Shown here: piece by piece, positions 9,371 to 18,517 of the stretch
Layout: each line of letters opens with the position of its first letter
Position numbering within the stretch: the stretch's first letter is position 1
IMG/VR virus record: IMGVR_UViG_3300042862_000066
Coordinates: 55,398 to 119,397 of that record
From: a virus
Strand: one strand, 5' to 3'
DNA: 64,000 nt
The notes under the pieces: generated by a model
What the model was told of the DNA's origin: nothing
Database searches by the model: none
The model's input: the letters and a program-made list of their open reading frames with translations, nothing else
Program-made: the position numbers and the translations under genes

Positions 9371-12211
9371 TTAGCAGAGATAAGATAAACAGGTTGGACA
9401 ATCGTTATAAGCTACGTCTACAGTTACTACTACTTGTGGTAAGAATGTAAATGTTTCTTCTATAGTAAAGCATATGTCAGGATATTCTACAAATGTTAGT
9501 ATAGGCAAACCTTGATTTATACCGCCAGTTAGATATGATGACAAATCTGTAGTAGTTTGCAATAGCGGTGTAGTCTCTCCGCACTTAATTAAATTATAAT
9601 AAGGGTCAACTTCCTCAACTTCGTTACAGTCTATGCAGTCTGCGTATGCCGTAATTTGGTCAACAGTGACATTTAAGGTAGTAGAACTTGTGCATGCATT
9701 ATTTAAGGATACATATAGGCATGCTGCAACGCCTTCAATAAAAATATACTGGTCTATAAACTGAGCCATAAAATCGTTATCCTGGCCGGTAGTATTTACA
9801 GAGGCATATATAGTATTATCAGCACAGTTAATTAAGTCGTAGCAACAAGTATTAAATGGTGTTGATGATACGCAGTTACAGTAGTATACTAACGTTGTTG
9901 GGTCCTGTATTATTTGACAAGGATTATTACATGTTAGAGCCGATTGTGAAATATTACAAACTAATGATGCTGATATAGATAGTCCTATTCCGGCATAAGA
10001 ACTAGGGATAAGATCTGTTTGATAATAATCAGGTAAACCGGAAACGGCATTACTAGGAAATTTATCTGATGATGTATAACTACCTTGCCAACTTGGGCAT
10101 TCTCCGGGACTTAAAAGAAACGGTACATCTAGTGCTCCATTATCTTTGTTAGAGTCAATATTAGTTCCAAAAATAGAAGAAGTATCTAAATAGCAAGGAG
10201 TTACTGCATCAGTAGGGTCTATTCCAACAAATGCGGTTTTGGTAATATTTTGTTCTATGGTTAGGCCGGTAACTAATAATGTTATATCTGTAGCTCCGGC
10301 GGGGGCTCCAGTAGATGTAATAGCTGTACCCGCCTTAATTTCCTGAGCTAAGTCCATTGTGGCAATATAGTCAGCAAGACGTCTATCCTGGTATGTGGCC
10401 TGAATAACACTATTGATATCATCTAGGCCAAATGTTCCACATACGGCAAGTCCCGGAGTTGCCCCAAACGTTGTTATAATAGAAGGTAAGGTTACGCCGT
10501 AATTGCTTAATAAGGTATTAGGATCAATGTAATTTGGCCATCCGTCTGTTACAAATAATATTTTTTTATTTGCGGTAGGTCGGCTATTAACCCCCCACAC
10601 CACATCGTAGCCCCTACCTAAACCGGCAAAGCTATTTGTAAAAAGAAAACCTAGTGTATTAACTATTCCGTATGAATCTACAGGACTAGAGAAAATAGGG
10701 GTACCCATGCTATTAATTGCAGCTTTAAGCAATCCTGGATTAGATACAGTACCCGCTGGAGAGTTATTGGCTCCTCCTGCTTCCCATGCTGTAGGACCAA
10801 AATTTAAACTAACTCCTCCAACTGGCGTAAATTGATCAACTGCAAATAATACTATACCTACTCGTATCTCTCCAGAAGTAATTCTTCCTAAGCTGTTCGC
10901 AAGAGTATTTAAATTACCGTTTGCATCATAACCCATCTCTAGTCCATCGACAATACCTCGAATCATGTTCTTATACTCCGGCATTTCTGTGTCGCTAATC
11001 GACCCTGATATATCTATAACTATTGCTACATCAGTATCACAACCTGCCGGATCTGTTCCCTCACAATTGCCGGTTACCGGATTATATACTAGTCCCTCTG
11101 GACACATAGGTGTATTAGTAATACATTGTTGAGATGTTTCATCCCAAGAGAAGCCTGGTTCGCATCCACAACCTTCTATTATTTTAGTAGTCCATAAAGA
11201 ATATCCGGGAGAATTAAATGGCCAATATACTGTAGAAGATGTTGTTACAATAGATGTGTTTGCGCTAGTAGCTTTATAAACAAGACCTAGTGCTGCAGCT
11301 CCTTTGTCATATGTAAAGAATCCTTCTGTTTCAGAATAGAAACTTGCACCAAACATGTTCCTGGCATCATCACCAATAAGTTGTCCGGGAAATACTTCTG
11401 ACCAAGATAGCCCTAAATCCGAACTGTATAGTATTGGACCATTCCCTCCTAATGCCCATAAGTGAGAATTAACATCTAATTCACTAAGGTTTATATTATA
11501 CATTGTTAAAGTAGTATACTTTAGAGGGGGCGTATAATAATCAGGATCAGTCCATGTATATACAACAGAAAAACTTACTCCTCCGTTTGTACTTCTATAT
11601 ATTCTTTTGTCAGTTGTAGCAACTATAAGTTGTTGATCTTGGCTCATAAGTAAGCCTGATACAACCTCGCCAGCGGCAAGAACTACACCTCCGTTTAAAT
11701 ATGTCCAGTTAGCTCCCCCATCTGTTGTTTTAGCAATTGCTCCACCGTGACCTAAAATACCAAAGTTTAGAGATGCAAAATATATACTTAGAGCTATATT
11801 ACCAAATGCTGGATTTAGGCCTGTTGTTGTAGAGGTGTAAGTAAGACCGCCATCTGTAGATTTTATAACACCTGGTAAAAGTCCCGCAGTGCTACCTGCT
11901 ATATATATGCCTGCCGGATATAAAGGATCACCAGGAATTATTCCTTCTGGAATAGATATTTGGTAAGCGTTAGTCATACTACCGATAGGAGGGGTTACTT
12001 GCGTAATCGTTGCTCCAGCATCTGTAGTATATCCAATATAGTTTACGCCGCACATAATAGCGTAATCCGGATACTGGTAAAATTTATCTGTCTTAACATC
12101 ATAAAGATCTACTAATGTAAAACCAGTATAATCTGTCCAGGCTTCAGTAGAATGGTTATAAACTCTGAAAAGACCCGTATTTCCTGTTAAGTATGTTTTA
12201 CCGAAAGCCAT
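9371..12211 (-). CDS. Multidomain adhesin-like protein: BNR/Asp-box beta-propeller + Cys-rich linker + vWA (MIDAS) + Cys modules
   Basis: Asp-box repeats KSTDGGLTY, KTTDGGANW, RSTNGGVSF, YSSDLGLSW; CEPGFSWDETSQQC / CPEGLVYNPVTGNC; vWA signature VAIVIDISGSIS ... ILFVTDGWPN. Confidence 0.75.
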   Translation of the reverse strand: MAFGKTYLTGNTGLFRVYNHSTEAWTDYTGFTLVDLYDVKTDKFYQYPDYAIMCGVNYIGYTTDAGATITQVTPPIGSMTNAYQISIPEGIIPGDPLYPAGIYIAGSTAGLLPGVIKSTDGGLTYTSTTTGLNPAFGNIALSIYFASLNFGILGHGGAIAKTTDGGANWTYLNGGVVLAAGEVVSGLLMSQDQQLIVATTDKRIYRSTNGGVSFSVVYTWTDPDYYTPPLKYTTLTMYNINLSELDVNSHLWALGGNGPILYSSDLGLSWSEVFPGQLIGDDARNMFGASFYSETEGFFTYDKGAAALGLVYKATSANTSIVTTSSTVYWPFNSPGYSLWTTKIIEGCGCEPGFSWDETSQQCITNTPMCPEGLVYNPVTGNCEGTDPAGCDTDVAIVIDISGSISDTEMPEYKNMIRGIVDGLEMGYDANGNLNTLANSLGRITSGEIRVGIVLFAVDQFTPVGGVSLNFGPTAWEAGGANNSPAGTVSNPGLLKAAINSMGTPIFSSPVDSYGIVNTLGFLFTNSFAGLGRGYDVVWGVNSRPTANKKILFVTDGWPNYIDPNTLLSNYGVTLPSIITTFGATPGLAVCGTFGLDDINSVIQATYQDRRLADYIATMDLAQEIKAGTAITSTGAPAGATDITLLVTGLTIEQNITKTAFVGIDPTDAVTPCYLDTSSIFGTNIDSNKDNGALDVPFLLSPGECPSWQGSYTSSDKFPSNAVSGLPDYYQTDLIPSSYAGIGLSISASLVCNISQSALTCNNPCQIIQDPTTLVYYCNCVSSTPFNTCCYDLINCADNTIYASVNTTGQDNDFMAQFIDQYIFIEGVAACLYVSLNNACTSSTTLNVTVDQITAYADCIDCNEVEEVDPYYNLIKCGETTPLLQTTTDLSSYLTGGINQGLPILTFVEYPDICFTIEETFTFLPQVVVTVDVAYNDCPTCLSYLC

Positions 12212-12214
12212 TTG

Positions 12215-12361
12215 TTAAGTTGTTTGTGGCAAAGCTGGTCTTGGAGCCGGCTTAGCCTGTAATTGTTTAATACAGTTTGTACATCCTTGTTTTCCTTCAG
12301 GTGTTACTCTTTTCTGACATCCACAGGACATCATATTTCCGCAGTTTGAACATTTTGCCAT
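12215..12361 (-). CDS. 48-aa Cys-rich microprotein (CxxC..CxC..CxxC), not in ORF track
   Basis: MAKCSNCGNMMSCGCQKRVTPEGKQGCTNCIKQLQAKPAPRPALPQTT*; fills the gap exactly and is preceded by an AAAACCAATA leader. Confidence 0.7.
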   Translation of the reverse strand: MAKCSNCGNMMSCGCQKRVTPEGKQGCTNCIKQLQAKPAPRPALPQTT

Positions 12362-12388
12362 TGAAGTAATATATTGGTTTTTAACTAA

Positions 12389-12961
12389 TTAGCAATTTCC
12401 ACAGCCGCAGCTACAAGCTAATTTATTTAGTCTTGTAAGCACATAATTATAAATAGCCATACCCTGTGACGGAGAATGGCAATATTCTACTTTAGCTTTA
12501 GCTGCCTTAAGCATAGTAGTAAGAAGTTGTACTTCTTGTAGTTTCGCTTTAATAGGAGCCTGTGGCTCGCAGTTTGGCACATCTAGGCAACATAGGAGCT
12601 CGTTGATTTTATTCATCGCCTCCGTAGTTCTTAGATGATTATATTCTACATAGACAAATTGGTGTGGAGCTACGCTATATCTAATAACATAAACCCCATC
12701 TACAACATTATTTCTGTAACTATCACAGTTAGTAGTTTGTGTATCTAATCCGCAAGCTGTAATATTAACATCAAAGCTGCTTGTCGTACTAACTGTACCC
12801 AGGTCTTCAAATACTGAAGCCGTAGTAAATCCAGGACAAGTTATCTCTAATCGAGGACATTCAATAGGTACGTTAATATTATACGTACTTGTATCTACTA
12901 TACGAATTACGCATGTAGTTAACGTATCTGGAATATCTAAAGATAATAAGTGTTGTGCCAT
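12389..12961 (-). CDS. Putative virion structural protein (tail hub/collar-like), Cys-rich C-terminus
   Basis: 190 aa; DGVYVIRYSV motif; ends CSCGCGNC; has its own TAnnTTTG promoter. Confidence 0.5.
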   Translation of the reverse strand: MAQHLLSLDIPDTLTTCVIRIVDTSTYNINVPIECPRLEITCPGFTTASVFEDLGTVSTTSSFDVNITACGLDTQTTNCDSYRNNVVDGVYVIRYSVAPHQFVYVEYNHLRTTEAMNKINELLCCLDVPNCEPQAPIKAKLQEVQLLTTMLKAAKAKVEYCHSPSQGMAIYNYVLTRLNKLACSCGCGNC

Positions 12962-12973
12962 AGTACTAAGTTA

Positions 12974-12981
12974 CAAAGATA
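12974..12981 (-). promoter_or_regulatory. Bacteroidota sigma70-type -7 element (TATCTTTG)
   Basis: Matches the TAnnTTTG consensus 13 nt upstream of the ATG at 12961. Confidence 0.6.
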
Positions 12982-12994
12982 TAGTGTAAAAATA

Positions 12995-13030
12995 AAAAAG
13001 GGAGAGAGTTTTTTTGCTCCCTCCCTTTTT
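12995..13030 (-). terminator. Intrinsic terminator
   Basis: AAAAAGGGAG...CTCCCTTTTT inverted repeat downstream of 13048..14613. Confidence 0.7.
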
Positions 13031-13047
13031 ACAAGTTTTAGTTAAGA

Positions 13048-14613
13048 TTAACGAGGGTCAAACTCAGCAGGTACTGGAGTACAAACTTCTGGACAAGCGT
13101 ATGTTGTCAAAGTAGTACAGCCGCTACCTGCGTTGCTCAACCAAGCTTCAACAAAGCCTTCAAATGCTACGTTGTAGTTAGTAGTTGCAGACAATACACT
13201 TGTTGCATCTAATGCTACAGTTATAGGTGCTGTTGCACTACCTAAAGTAATTGTGAATACTGTAGTACTTACTACTTCATAGATGTAAGCATTAGCAACG
13301 ATAGTACCCGTTCCACCTGTTAAAGTAACAACCATACCTGGTAACAAACCTGCTGTAGAAGCTACAGTGATTGTACCATAAGCTGGAATAGCACCTGCAG
13401 CAGCAGTACTTGTAGAAGCAGCTGTTGAATCAATACCTGCAACAACATTATCTTCAGTTACAACAATTTGCAACAAGTACTGATCATTATCAAATGTTCC
13501 AGAAGGATTATTGAAACGTGGTACGTTATGTTGAATATAGTAGCTAGTATAGAAAGCATTACGATTAATTGCATCATACACGTCTGTACCGTTAGTGATC
13601 TCACGAATACGCAAGTCTTGTCCGGTATAGAAAGGCTGTTGCATGTATGCTTCAGTTAAGATAAGCTGACGTATAACATTTTCACCTGTTCCTTTTAACT
13701 GAATTGGTTGACAAATATCATTCTCACAAAGACCTGTGAAAGCACAAGGGTCTCCGTTAAGATCTACCTCAGAAGCAAAAAGCTTAACTGGCTCTAAGAA
13801 AGCAATGATAGAATCATTAGGATAGAAAGTACAATCTTGGAAACGAGTATCAGCATAAGCTCCAGTGATAATCAAACCAGCAAGAGTAGTCTCATCTGTT
13901 CCTGGAGGGAATGCAGCACCTTCCAAAGTGTAAGGTAACAATGCTTCAGCAGTTGTGCTATCGTCAGTATTAACTGGCTCAAATGCCTGCCAAGTTGTTC
14001 CAGCATCAGTAGAGTAAGTAATTGCTACGTGGATGAACGGATTAATCAAAATACTGTTTAAGAAGTCATAAGCCCATTTAGTGTAAACAATCAAAGGATT
14101 TACAGCTACTGGAGCAATTGCATCAGCTGGACAACATCCTGTGTAAGCACCAGAAGTGTAATAGCTGTTACGAGTTAAGTAACGTAATGCAGGTGATCCT
14201 TTAATGTCTAAACGCAAAGAATAAGTCTCTCCGCATAAGAATTCCTTAGCGCAAGATCCTTCATAATTTTCTACGTTAGCACCTACAGTAATCTGTGCTT
14301 GTTGAGCAGGACAAGATTCTACTTTGTAGAAAGATGATACATACTTAGGGTTGATAGTCTTAGACTTTACAGACTCAGAATATCCACCGTGGAATGGACC
14401 AATTTTGTCATTAGGGTGAATAGAACCTGATACAAGTACCAATGGGCACTTTAAAGCAGTTGATGGATCAAGATCCGTAGGGATAGTCCAAGTTTTAGGA
14501 TCAACAAAAGTAAACTCACCTAGAGTTAAGTCACTTGTTGATAATCCTGGATCAGTTACAAAACCATTGTATCCTACAAAGGTTTTCTGAAAGGCATGAT
14601 TAAAATACGACAT
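13048..14613 (-). CDS. Putative auxiliary capsid / major structural protein
   Basis: 521 aa with highly-expressed-type codon usage similar to the MCP; in the capsid module; has a Thr/Ala-rich inserted beta domain near the C-terminus. Confidence 0.55.
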   Translation of the reverse strand: MSYFNHAFQKTFVGYNGFVTDPGLSTSDLTLGEFTFVDPKTWTIPTDLDPSTALKCPLVLVSGSIHPNDKIGPFHGGYSESVKSKTINPKYVSSFYKVESCPAQQAQITVGANVENYEGSCAKEFLCGETYSLRLDIKGSPALRYLTRNSYYTSGAYTGCCPADAIAPVAVNPLIVYTKWAYDFLNSILINPFIHVAITYSTDAGTTWQAFEPVNTDDSTTAEALLPYTLEGAAFPPGTDETTLAGLIITGAYADTRFQDCTFYPNDSIIAFLEPVKLFASEVDLNGDPCAFTGLCENDICQPIQLKGTGENVIRQLILTEAYMQQPFYTGQDLRIREITNGTDVYDAINRNAFYTSYYIQHNVPRFNNPSGTFDNDQYLLQIVVTEDNVVAGIDSTAASTSTAAAGAIPAYGTITVASTAGLLPGMVVTLTGGTGTIVANAYIYEVVSTTVFTITLGSATAPITVALDATSVLSATTNYNVAFEGFVEAWLSNAGSGCTTLTTYACPEVCTPVPAEFDPR

Positions 14614-14681
14614 GTTTTTTTGTTTTTAAGGGTTATAAATATATAGTTAATATAAGGAAAGTTTCTCAACTCTCCAAATTT

Positions 14682-15275
14682 TTACAAATAATCTTTCATC
14701 TCGTGATCAAGTAAGCGCATTGCTACCTTGTCTGTACCAAAAGAGTTTAACTGGTCTACCCAGTTTTGCATCTTGTTATGCTCTTCAACTTGTTCTTTTA
14801 AGTAAGCTAAAGCAAACTCATATAACATGTAGTCTGCTTTTTTCATAGCGTCTCCAGCCAACTCTTTGATTTGCTTAGTTATAGTAATCTCATGATCATA
14901 AGACATCTGTATAATCTCAGGAAGACCATTAAAGGTTTGGTTAGGAGAATCTAGTTTTGGAGTAAGCGGTTGTACCCCCATAGATAATAAGTAGGTTCTT
15001 GCTAAGTCTGAATGGGACATTTCCTCATTAGAGTATTTACGCCATAGTTTAGCGGCATTAACATAACCGTTATTATCTAACCACATTGACATAGCCAAGT
15101 ATATTCTGCCCGAGTATTCCTCTTGTTGTACACGGTAGTTTAGATACTCTACGCAGTCATCTGATAAAAGTATATTCTTACCTTTAGTAGATGGTGCTTT
15201 CTTTATAGTAGATGCGGTAGGACTAGTAATACCTACTACTTCTCGTTTCAATAAATTTCTCGGTTGTTCCGCCAT
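14682..15275 (-). CDS. ftnA: Ferritin (non-heme FtnA-like) with ~35-aa N-terminal extension
   Basis: Ferroxidase-centre pattern QQEEYSGRIYLAMSMW...EEMSH...HEITIT...EQVEEH. Confidence 0.85.
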   Translation of the reverse strand: MAEQPRNLLKREVVGITSPTASTIKKAPSTKGKNILLSDDCVEYLNYRVQQEEYSGRIYLAMSMWLDNNGYVNAAKLWRKYSNEEMSHSDLARTYLLSMGVQPLTPKLDSPNQTFNGLPEIIQMSYDHEITITKQIKELAGDAMKKADYMLYEFALAYLKEQVEEHNKMQNWVDQLNSFGTDKVAMRLLDHEMKDYL

Positions 15276-15287
15276 TATTCCTAGTTA

Positions 15288-15995
15288 TTATGTGTTTTCT
15301 TCTCCAGATGTTTTAGCAATAGAATATTGATTCATAGATTCAATATCTCCTGCAAGTACTTGTACTGTTTCATCTACAAGTATTTCAATGATGTTATCCG
15401 CAAATTCGCAAATAATATCATCAGTCGATACTTGTAGGGTATATGGGTCTGTGCAGCCATTGATTTGAATCAGAACTGGATTTCTATAATACATCAGATA
15501 GCAGTTGACAACTTCAAAATCATTGTCATTATATATACGTACTTTATCTCCTACAAGAGTACAGAAGGTTTCTCCCCATTCAAAGCTAGGTTTACGTAAG
15601 TAATCCTGTAAGTAAACGGGAACGTTCTGTTCTTCAGCAAGATAAGTAACAGTCATGCTTTGCGGATCTTCGCAACATCCTTTTCTAGCATTAGCGTCAA
15701 TACGTTTAAACTGTAAATAATCTTCCGGAAGAAGCTCAGTTTCTTGGTATAGATGTTTGGGATAAAGCTCTACTAAAACTTCTTTTAATAAATTCTGAAG
15801 ATCATCTACTTTACGAGTAGATTGTTCATCTCCTTGTTTTTCAGCGTTTAATCCAATTAGTTGGCGACGGACCCATTGTATCTGGGCTTTATTAAAGGCC
15901 TCTACAATTTGCCAGCATTCGAAGTTATCGTAATCATTGCTGGCAAGCTTATTAAGTCGTTGCTTAATCTTAAGCTGTAGAGTAGTATTGTTCAT
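15288..15995 (-). CDS. crAss-like conserved virion ring protein
   Basis: LNKLASN...EAFNKAQIQWV...LPEDYL...YYRNP...ILVDETV pattern; capsid module synteny. Confidence 0.55.
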   Translation of the reverse strand: MNNTTLQLKIKQRLNKLASNDYDNFECWQIVEAFNKAQIQWVRRQLIGLNAEKQGDEQSTRKVDDLQNLLKEVLVELYPKHLYQETELLPEDYLQFKRIDANARKGCCEDPQSMTVTYLAEEQNVPVYLQDYLRKPSFEWGETFCTLVGDKVRIYNDNDFEVVNCYLMYYRNPVLIQINGCTDPYTLQVSTDDIICEFADNIIEILVDETVQVLAGDIESMNQYSIAKTSGEENT

Positions 15996-15998
15996 TAT

Positions 15999-16238
15999 TT
16001 ACCAATTGTTATGTTTTTTATAACATCTACTAGGGCCACTACCACTACGTTTTTTATGAGCTTTGTAGTTATAACCTTTTCCTTTTTTAGGCCAATCCCC
16101 AGATTCAGAAGATTCGGAAGATTCAGAAATAGTACCCATACCAGATACCGGCTCCTCCTTTGTATACATATTACTTGTATCTACAAAGTTCCCACCTAAA
16201 TCCATGTAACCTATTTTTTTAGAATTTTTGTTAATCAT
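15999..16238 (-). CDS. Small hypothetical protein
   Basis: 79 aa ORF in tight operon; ESSESSES run and basic C-terminus. Confidence 0.5.
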   Translation of the reverse strand: MINKNSKKIGYMDLGGNFVDTSNMYTKEEPVSGMGTISESSESSESGDWPKKGKGYNYKAHKKRSGSGPSRCYKKHNNW

Positions 16239-16246
16239 GGTATTTA

Positions 16247-16447
16247 TTATCCTTTAACTTTTTTCAAGTTTGGGTTTGCCTTTTTAGCAGCAGAAGACGC
16301 CTTACGAGCAGCAGAAGCTAATATAGCTCCAGCAGCTGCTTTAGATACGCCCTGCTTTTTTGCAATACTTGACTGTACTGCTTTAAATCCTGGATGGCTT
16401 CCTCCTTTCTTGTAGGATCCGCCACATTTTGCACAACCTTTCATCAT
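16247..16447 (-). CDS. Small Lys/Ala-rich basic protein
   Basis: 66 aa; GFKAVQSSIAKKQGVSKAAAGAILASAARKAS. Confidence 0.6.
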   Translation of the reverse strand: MMKGCAKCGGSYKKGGSHPGFKAVQSSIAKKQGVSKAAAGAILASAARKASSAAKKANPNLKKVKG

Positions 16448-16459
16448 AGTACTATAGTT

Positions 16460-16699
16460 TTAACATTTCCATTTTCTAAGCGCTAACGTTTTTCTTGTAG
16501 GCTCGCCGTTAGGTTTCTTTGCAGGTCCCTTTACTCCAGACATTCTAGCACAAAAGGATTTCTTTCTAGAGCCACCTTCTGGTTGTGGAGCTTTTAAATT
16601 TCCACCAGTTTCTCTATTGTAAGAAGCACGCCCTTTAGCATTAAGTCCTCCACTTGGAGACTTACCTTCTTTTCTTTGCCATGCTGGACTCTTAGCCAT
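16460..16699 (-). CDS. Small basic phage protein (DUF6321-like)
   Basis: True start is probably MAKSPAWQRKEGKSPSGGLNAKGRAS...RKKSFCARM...ALRKWKC, a family common in aquatic phages (recalled). Confidence 0.65.
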   Translation of the reverse strand: MAKSPAWQRKEGKSPSGGLNAKGRASYNRETGGNLKAPQPEGGSRKKSFCARMSGVKGPAKKPNGEPTRKTLALRKWKC

Positions 16700-16700
16700 G

Positions 16701-16850
16701 TTATTTCTTTTTAGCAGTCTTAGCCGACTGGGTAAAATCTTTTTTACTAGGGGCACCTTTTGCTCCCACCTTGCGCATCTTCTCACCTGAGCCTGCAGCT
16801 ATGCGAGCTCTCTTAGCGTGAATATTAGCGTATAATCCTTGCTTAGCCAT
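16701..16850 (-). CDS. 49-aa basic microprotein, not in ORF track
   Basis: MAKQGLYANIHAKRARIAAGSGEKMRKVGAKGAPSKKDFTQSAKTAKKK*; fits exactly between its neighbours. Confidence 0.7.
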   Translation of the reverse strand: MAKQGLYANIHAKRARIAAGSGEKMRKVGAKGAPSKKDFTQSAKTAKKK

Positions 16851-16851
16851 G

Positions 16852-17070
16852 TTATTTTCCTTTAGCTACGTTACCTAACATTTTAATCTGCTCTTGAGCA
16901 AATTTCTTTACATCAGTCATCATCTTAGGATTGCTACGAATTTCTTCTGCACGACGTAAAGTATTCATAGCTGATTCAATTTCCCATTTACGCATCTCCG
17001 CTTTATTTGGAGAAGAAATGCTTATTGAAGCAGTTGACTTTTTAGGGGTAGCTACTTTTTTTGCTGCCAT
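16852..17070 (-). CDS. Small basic protein
   Basis: MAAKKVATPKK...KWEIESAMNTLRRAEEIR; ATG at 17070. Confidence 0.6.
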   Translation of the reverse strand: MAAKKVATPKKSTASISISSPNKAEMRKWEIESAMNTLRRAEEIRSNPKMMTDVKKFAQEQIKMLGNVAKGK

Positions 17071-17071
17071 A

Positions 17072-17194
17072 TTATTTCTTTTTAGGGAGTTCAACTAAGC
17101 CACATTTAGAAGTCCCTCCCCCTGCAAATTTAGGAGGAGAGGCCTTCTTATAATGGATTAAATTTTTAGCTTCCTTACTAGTAAGGATAGCCAT
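17072..17194 (-). CDS. 40-aa basic microprotein, not in ORF track
   Basis: MAILTSKEAKNLIHYKKASPPKFAGGGTSKCGLVELPKKK*; TAATG overlap with the upstream stop. Confidence 0.55.
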   Translation of the reverse strand: MAILTSKEAKNLIHYKKASPPKFAGGGTSKCGLVELPKKK

Positions 17195-17382
17195 TAACGT
17201 CCTGGTTTAGGTTGTGGTTTATTAACCCCACCTGATGATGTACCTTTAGACTTCTTTGTAGCAGCTGGACTAGCATTTACTTTACCAGAAGACTTACCAG
17301 CAGAATTTTTAATAGCATTAAATACTGCCATGTTGTTAGGATTGGATTTTCCACCAATACCTTTTGCACCTGAATTTTTCAT
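17194..17382 (-). CDS. Small Lys/Gly/Ser-rich basic protein
   Basis: 62 aa low-complexity basic ORF. Confidence 0.55.
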   Translation of the reverse strand: MKNSGAKGIGGKSNPNNMAVFNAIKNSAGKSSGKVNASPAATKKSKGTSSGGVNKPQPKPGR

Positions 17383-17409
17383 TTCTTTAAGTATTTATAT
17401 ATAAGATAG

Positions 17410-18429
17410 TTATTGATTCCAATATTTCTCTACTTTTTTTAGCAAATCTACTAAAACGTCTTCGTGAAGAGGATTATTTAGATACTCTACAGCATCTGCT
17501 TGATTACGTCCAATAAGAATGTTCTTATCAGCAGTATATACAAATCCATCAGCTTTCGTTACAATAAATTTATAAAAGGTAGCGTCCTTAACAAGTGCTT
17601 TTAACTTAAGTACTTCCATACCTAGGTTAGCAGAGTCTAAGAACATTTGTGCAGCACGGTTAGCATTCTTTTCAGAACCTTGACCACTAATGAAATTATC
17701 CATGTTATCGTAAACAACATCATTAGGTGTACTCTTTCTATACTGCGCGCTAGCTGTATCTACAATTTTAGCAATGTAAAGAAGTTTGTTTGTATTCTTA
17801 TCAAACAGTTTCTGTAATTCAGAAAGAGCTTTATTACGTAACTTCTTACTTTCTGTTTTAGTAGAAACAGTTTCAACGTGTCTGTCTAAGAAGAACTTAG
17901 GAACAGGCATCTTTGATCTAGCATCATCGTAGCTTTTAGCTATGATACTAAAACCTCCAGCATTAATAGCGTAAAGTTTTACCAAGTCATAAGGATCTTT
18001 TGGATCCAAGTAAATTGGCTCATTTCCAGCTTTAATTTCGATCTTTGACCAAAAGGCATCATTATCTGGTCTAAGTAATTTTATTTTATTCCAGAATTCT
18101 TTATCATCAGGATCAACTACGTTAGCAGCTAATTCTTTTTCAAGCTCTGCTACTACTGCTCTGATTTCACGAATTGTAGCTTCTCTTGTTTCAGCATCAG
18201 GAATGTTTTTAATCTCCGGAGCAAATTCATTAAGTCCTGTTACATATCTCTTGATTCCGTTGAATTCAAGACAGGCTAGTTGTTCCATATGCTTGACTCC
18301 TTCGTAAAGAGACATGCCATATTTCTCTAACCCCATGTTACTAATTCGATCATCGAAGTAGGGTTTAATTGCGATAGGACTTCTTTTAGTTTCAGAATAC
18401 CTCTCGACTTTTGTAAATGCTGTTGTCAT
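17410..18429 (-). CDS. crAss-like conserved capsid-module protein (downstream of MCP)
   Basis: 339 aa; YVTGLNEFAPE and LDPKDPYDLVK motifs; position right after the MCP. Confidence 0.55.
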   Translation of the reverse strand: MTTAFTKVERYSETKRSPIAIKPYFDDRISNMGLEKYGMSLYEGVKHMEQLACLEFNGIKRYVTGLNEFAPEIKNIPDAETREATIREIRAVVAELEKELAANVVDPDDKEFWNKIKLLRPDNDAFWSKIEIKAGNEPIYLDPKDPYDLVKLYAINAGGFSIIAKSYDDARSKMPVPKFFLDRHVETVSTKTESKKLRNKALSELQKLFDKNTNKLLYIAKIVDTASAQYRKSTPNDVVYDNMDNFISGQGSEKNANRAAQMFLDSANLGMEVLKLKALVKDATFYKFIVTKADGFVYTADKNILIGRNQADAVEYLNNPLHEDVLVDLLKKVEKYWNQ

Positions 18430-18467
18430 TTAGTTGGTTTTTATTAATTGGTTTTTGTAAAGGTAGT

Positions 18468-18502
18468 AAAAAAGGGGGAGATTTTAGCCTCCCCCCGTTT
18501 TT
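18468..18502 (-). terminator. Intrinsic terminator after major capsid gene
   Basis: GGGGGAG..CTCCCCC stem with a T-tract on the minus strand. Confidence 0.75.
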
Positions 18503-18517
18503 ACAGATTATTTAAGA

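Noticed and set aside
17173-17186. Perfect palindrome CCTTACTAGTAAGG
   Set aside because: Single copy inside a small ORF with no supporting context
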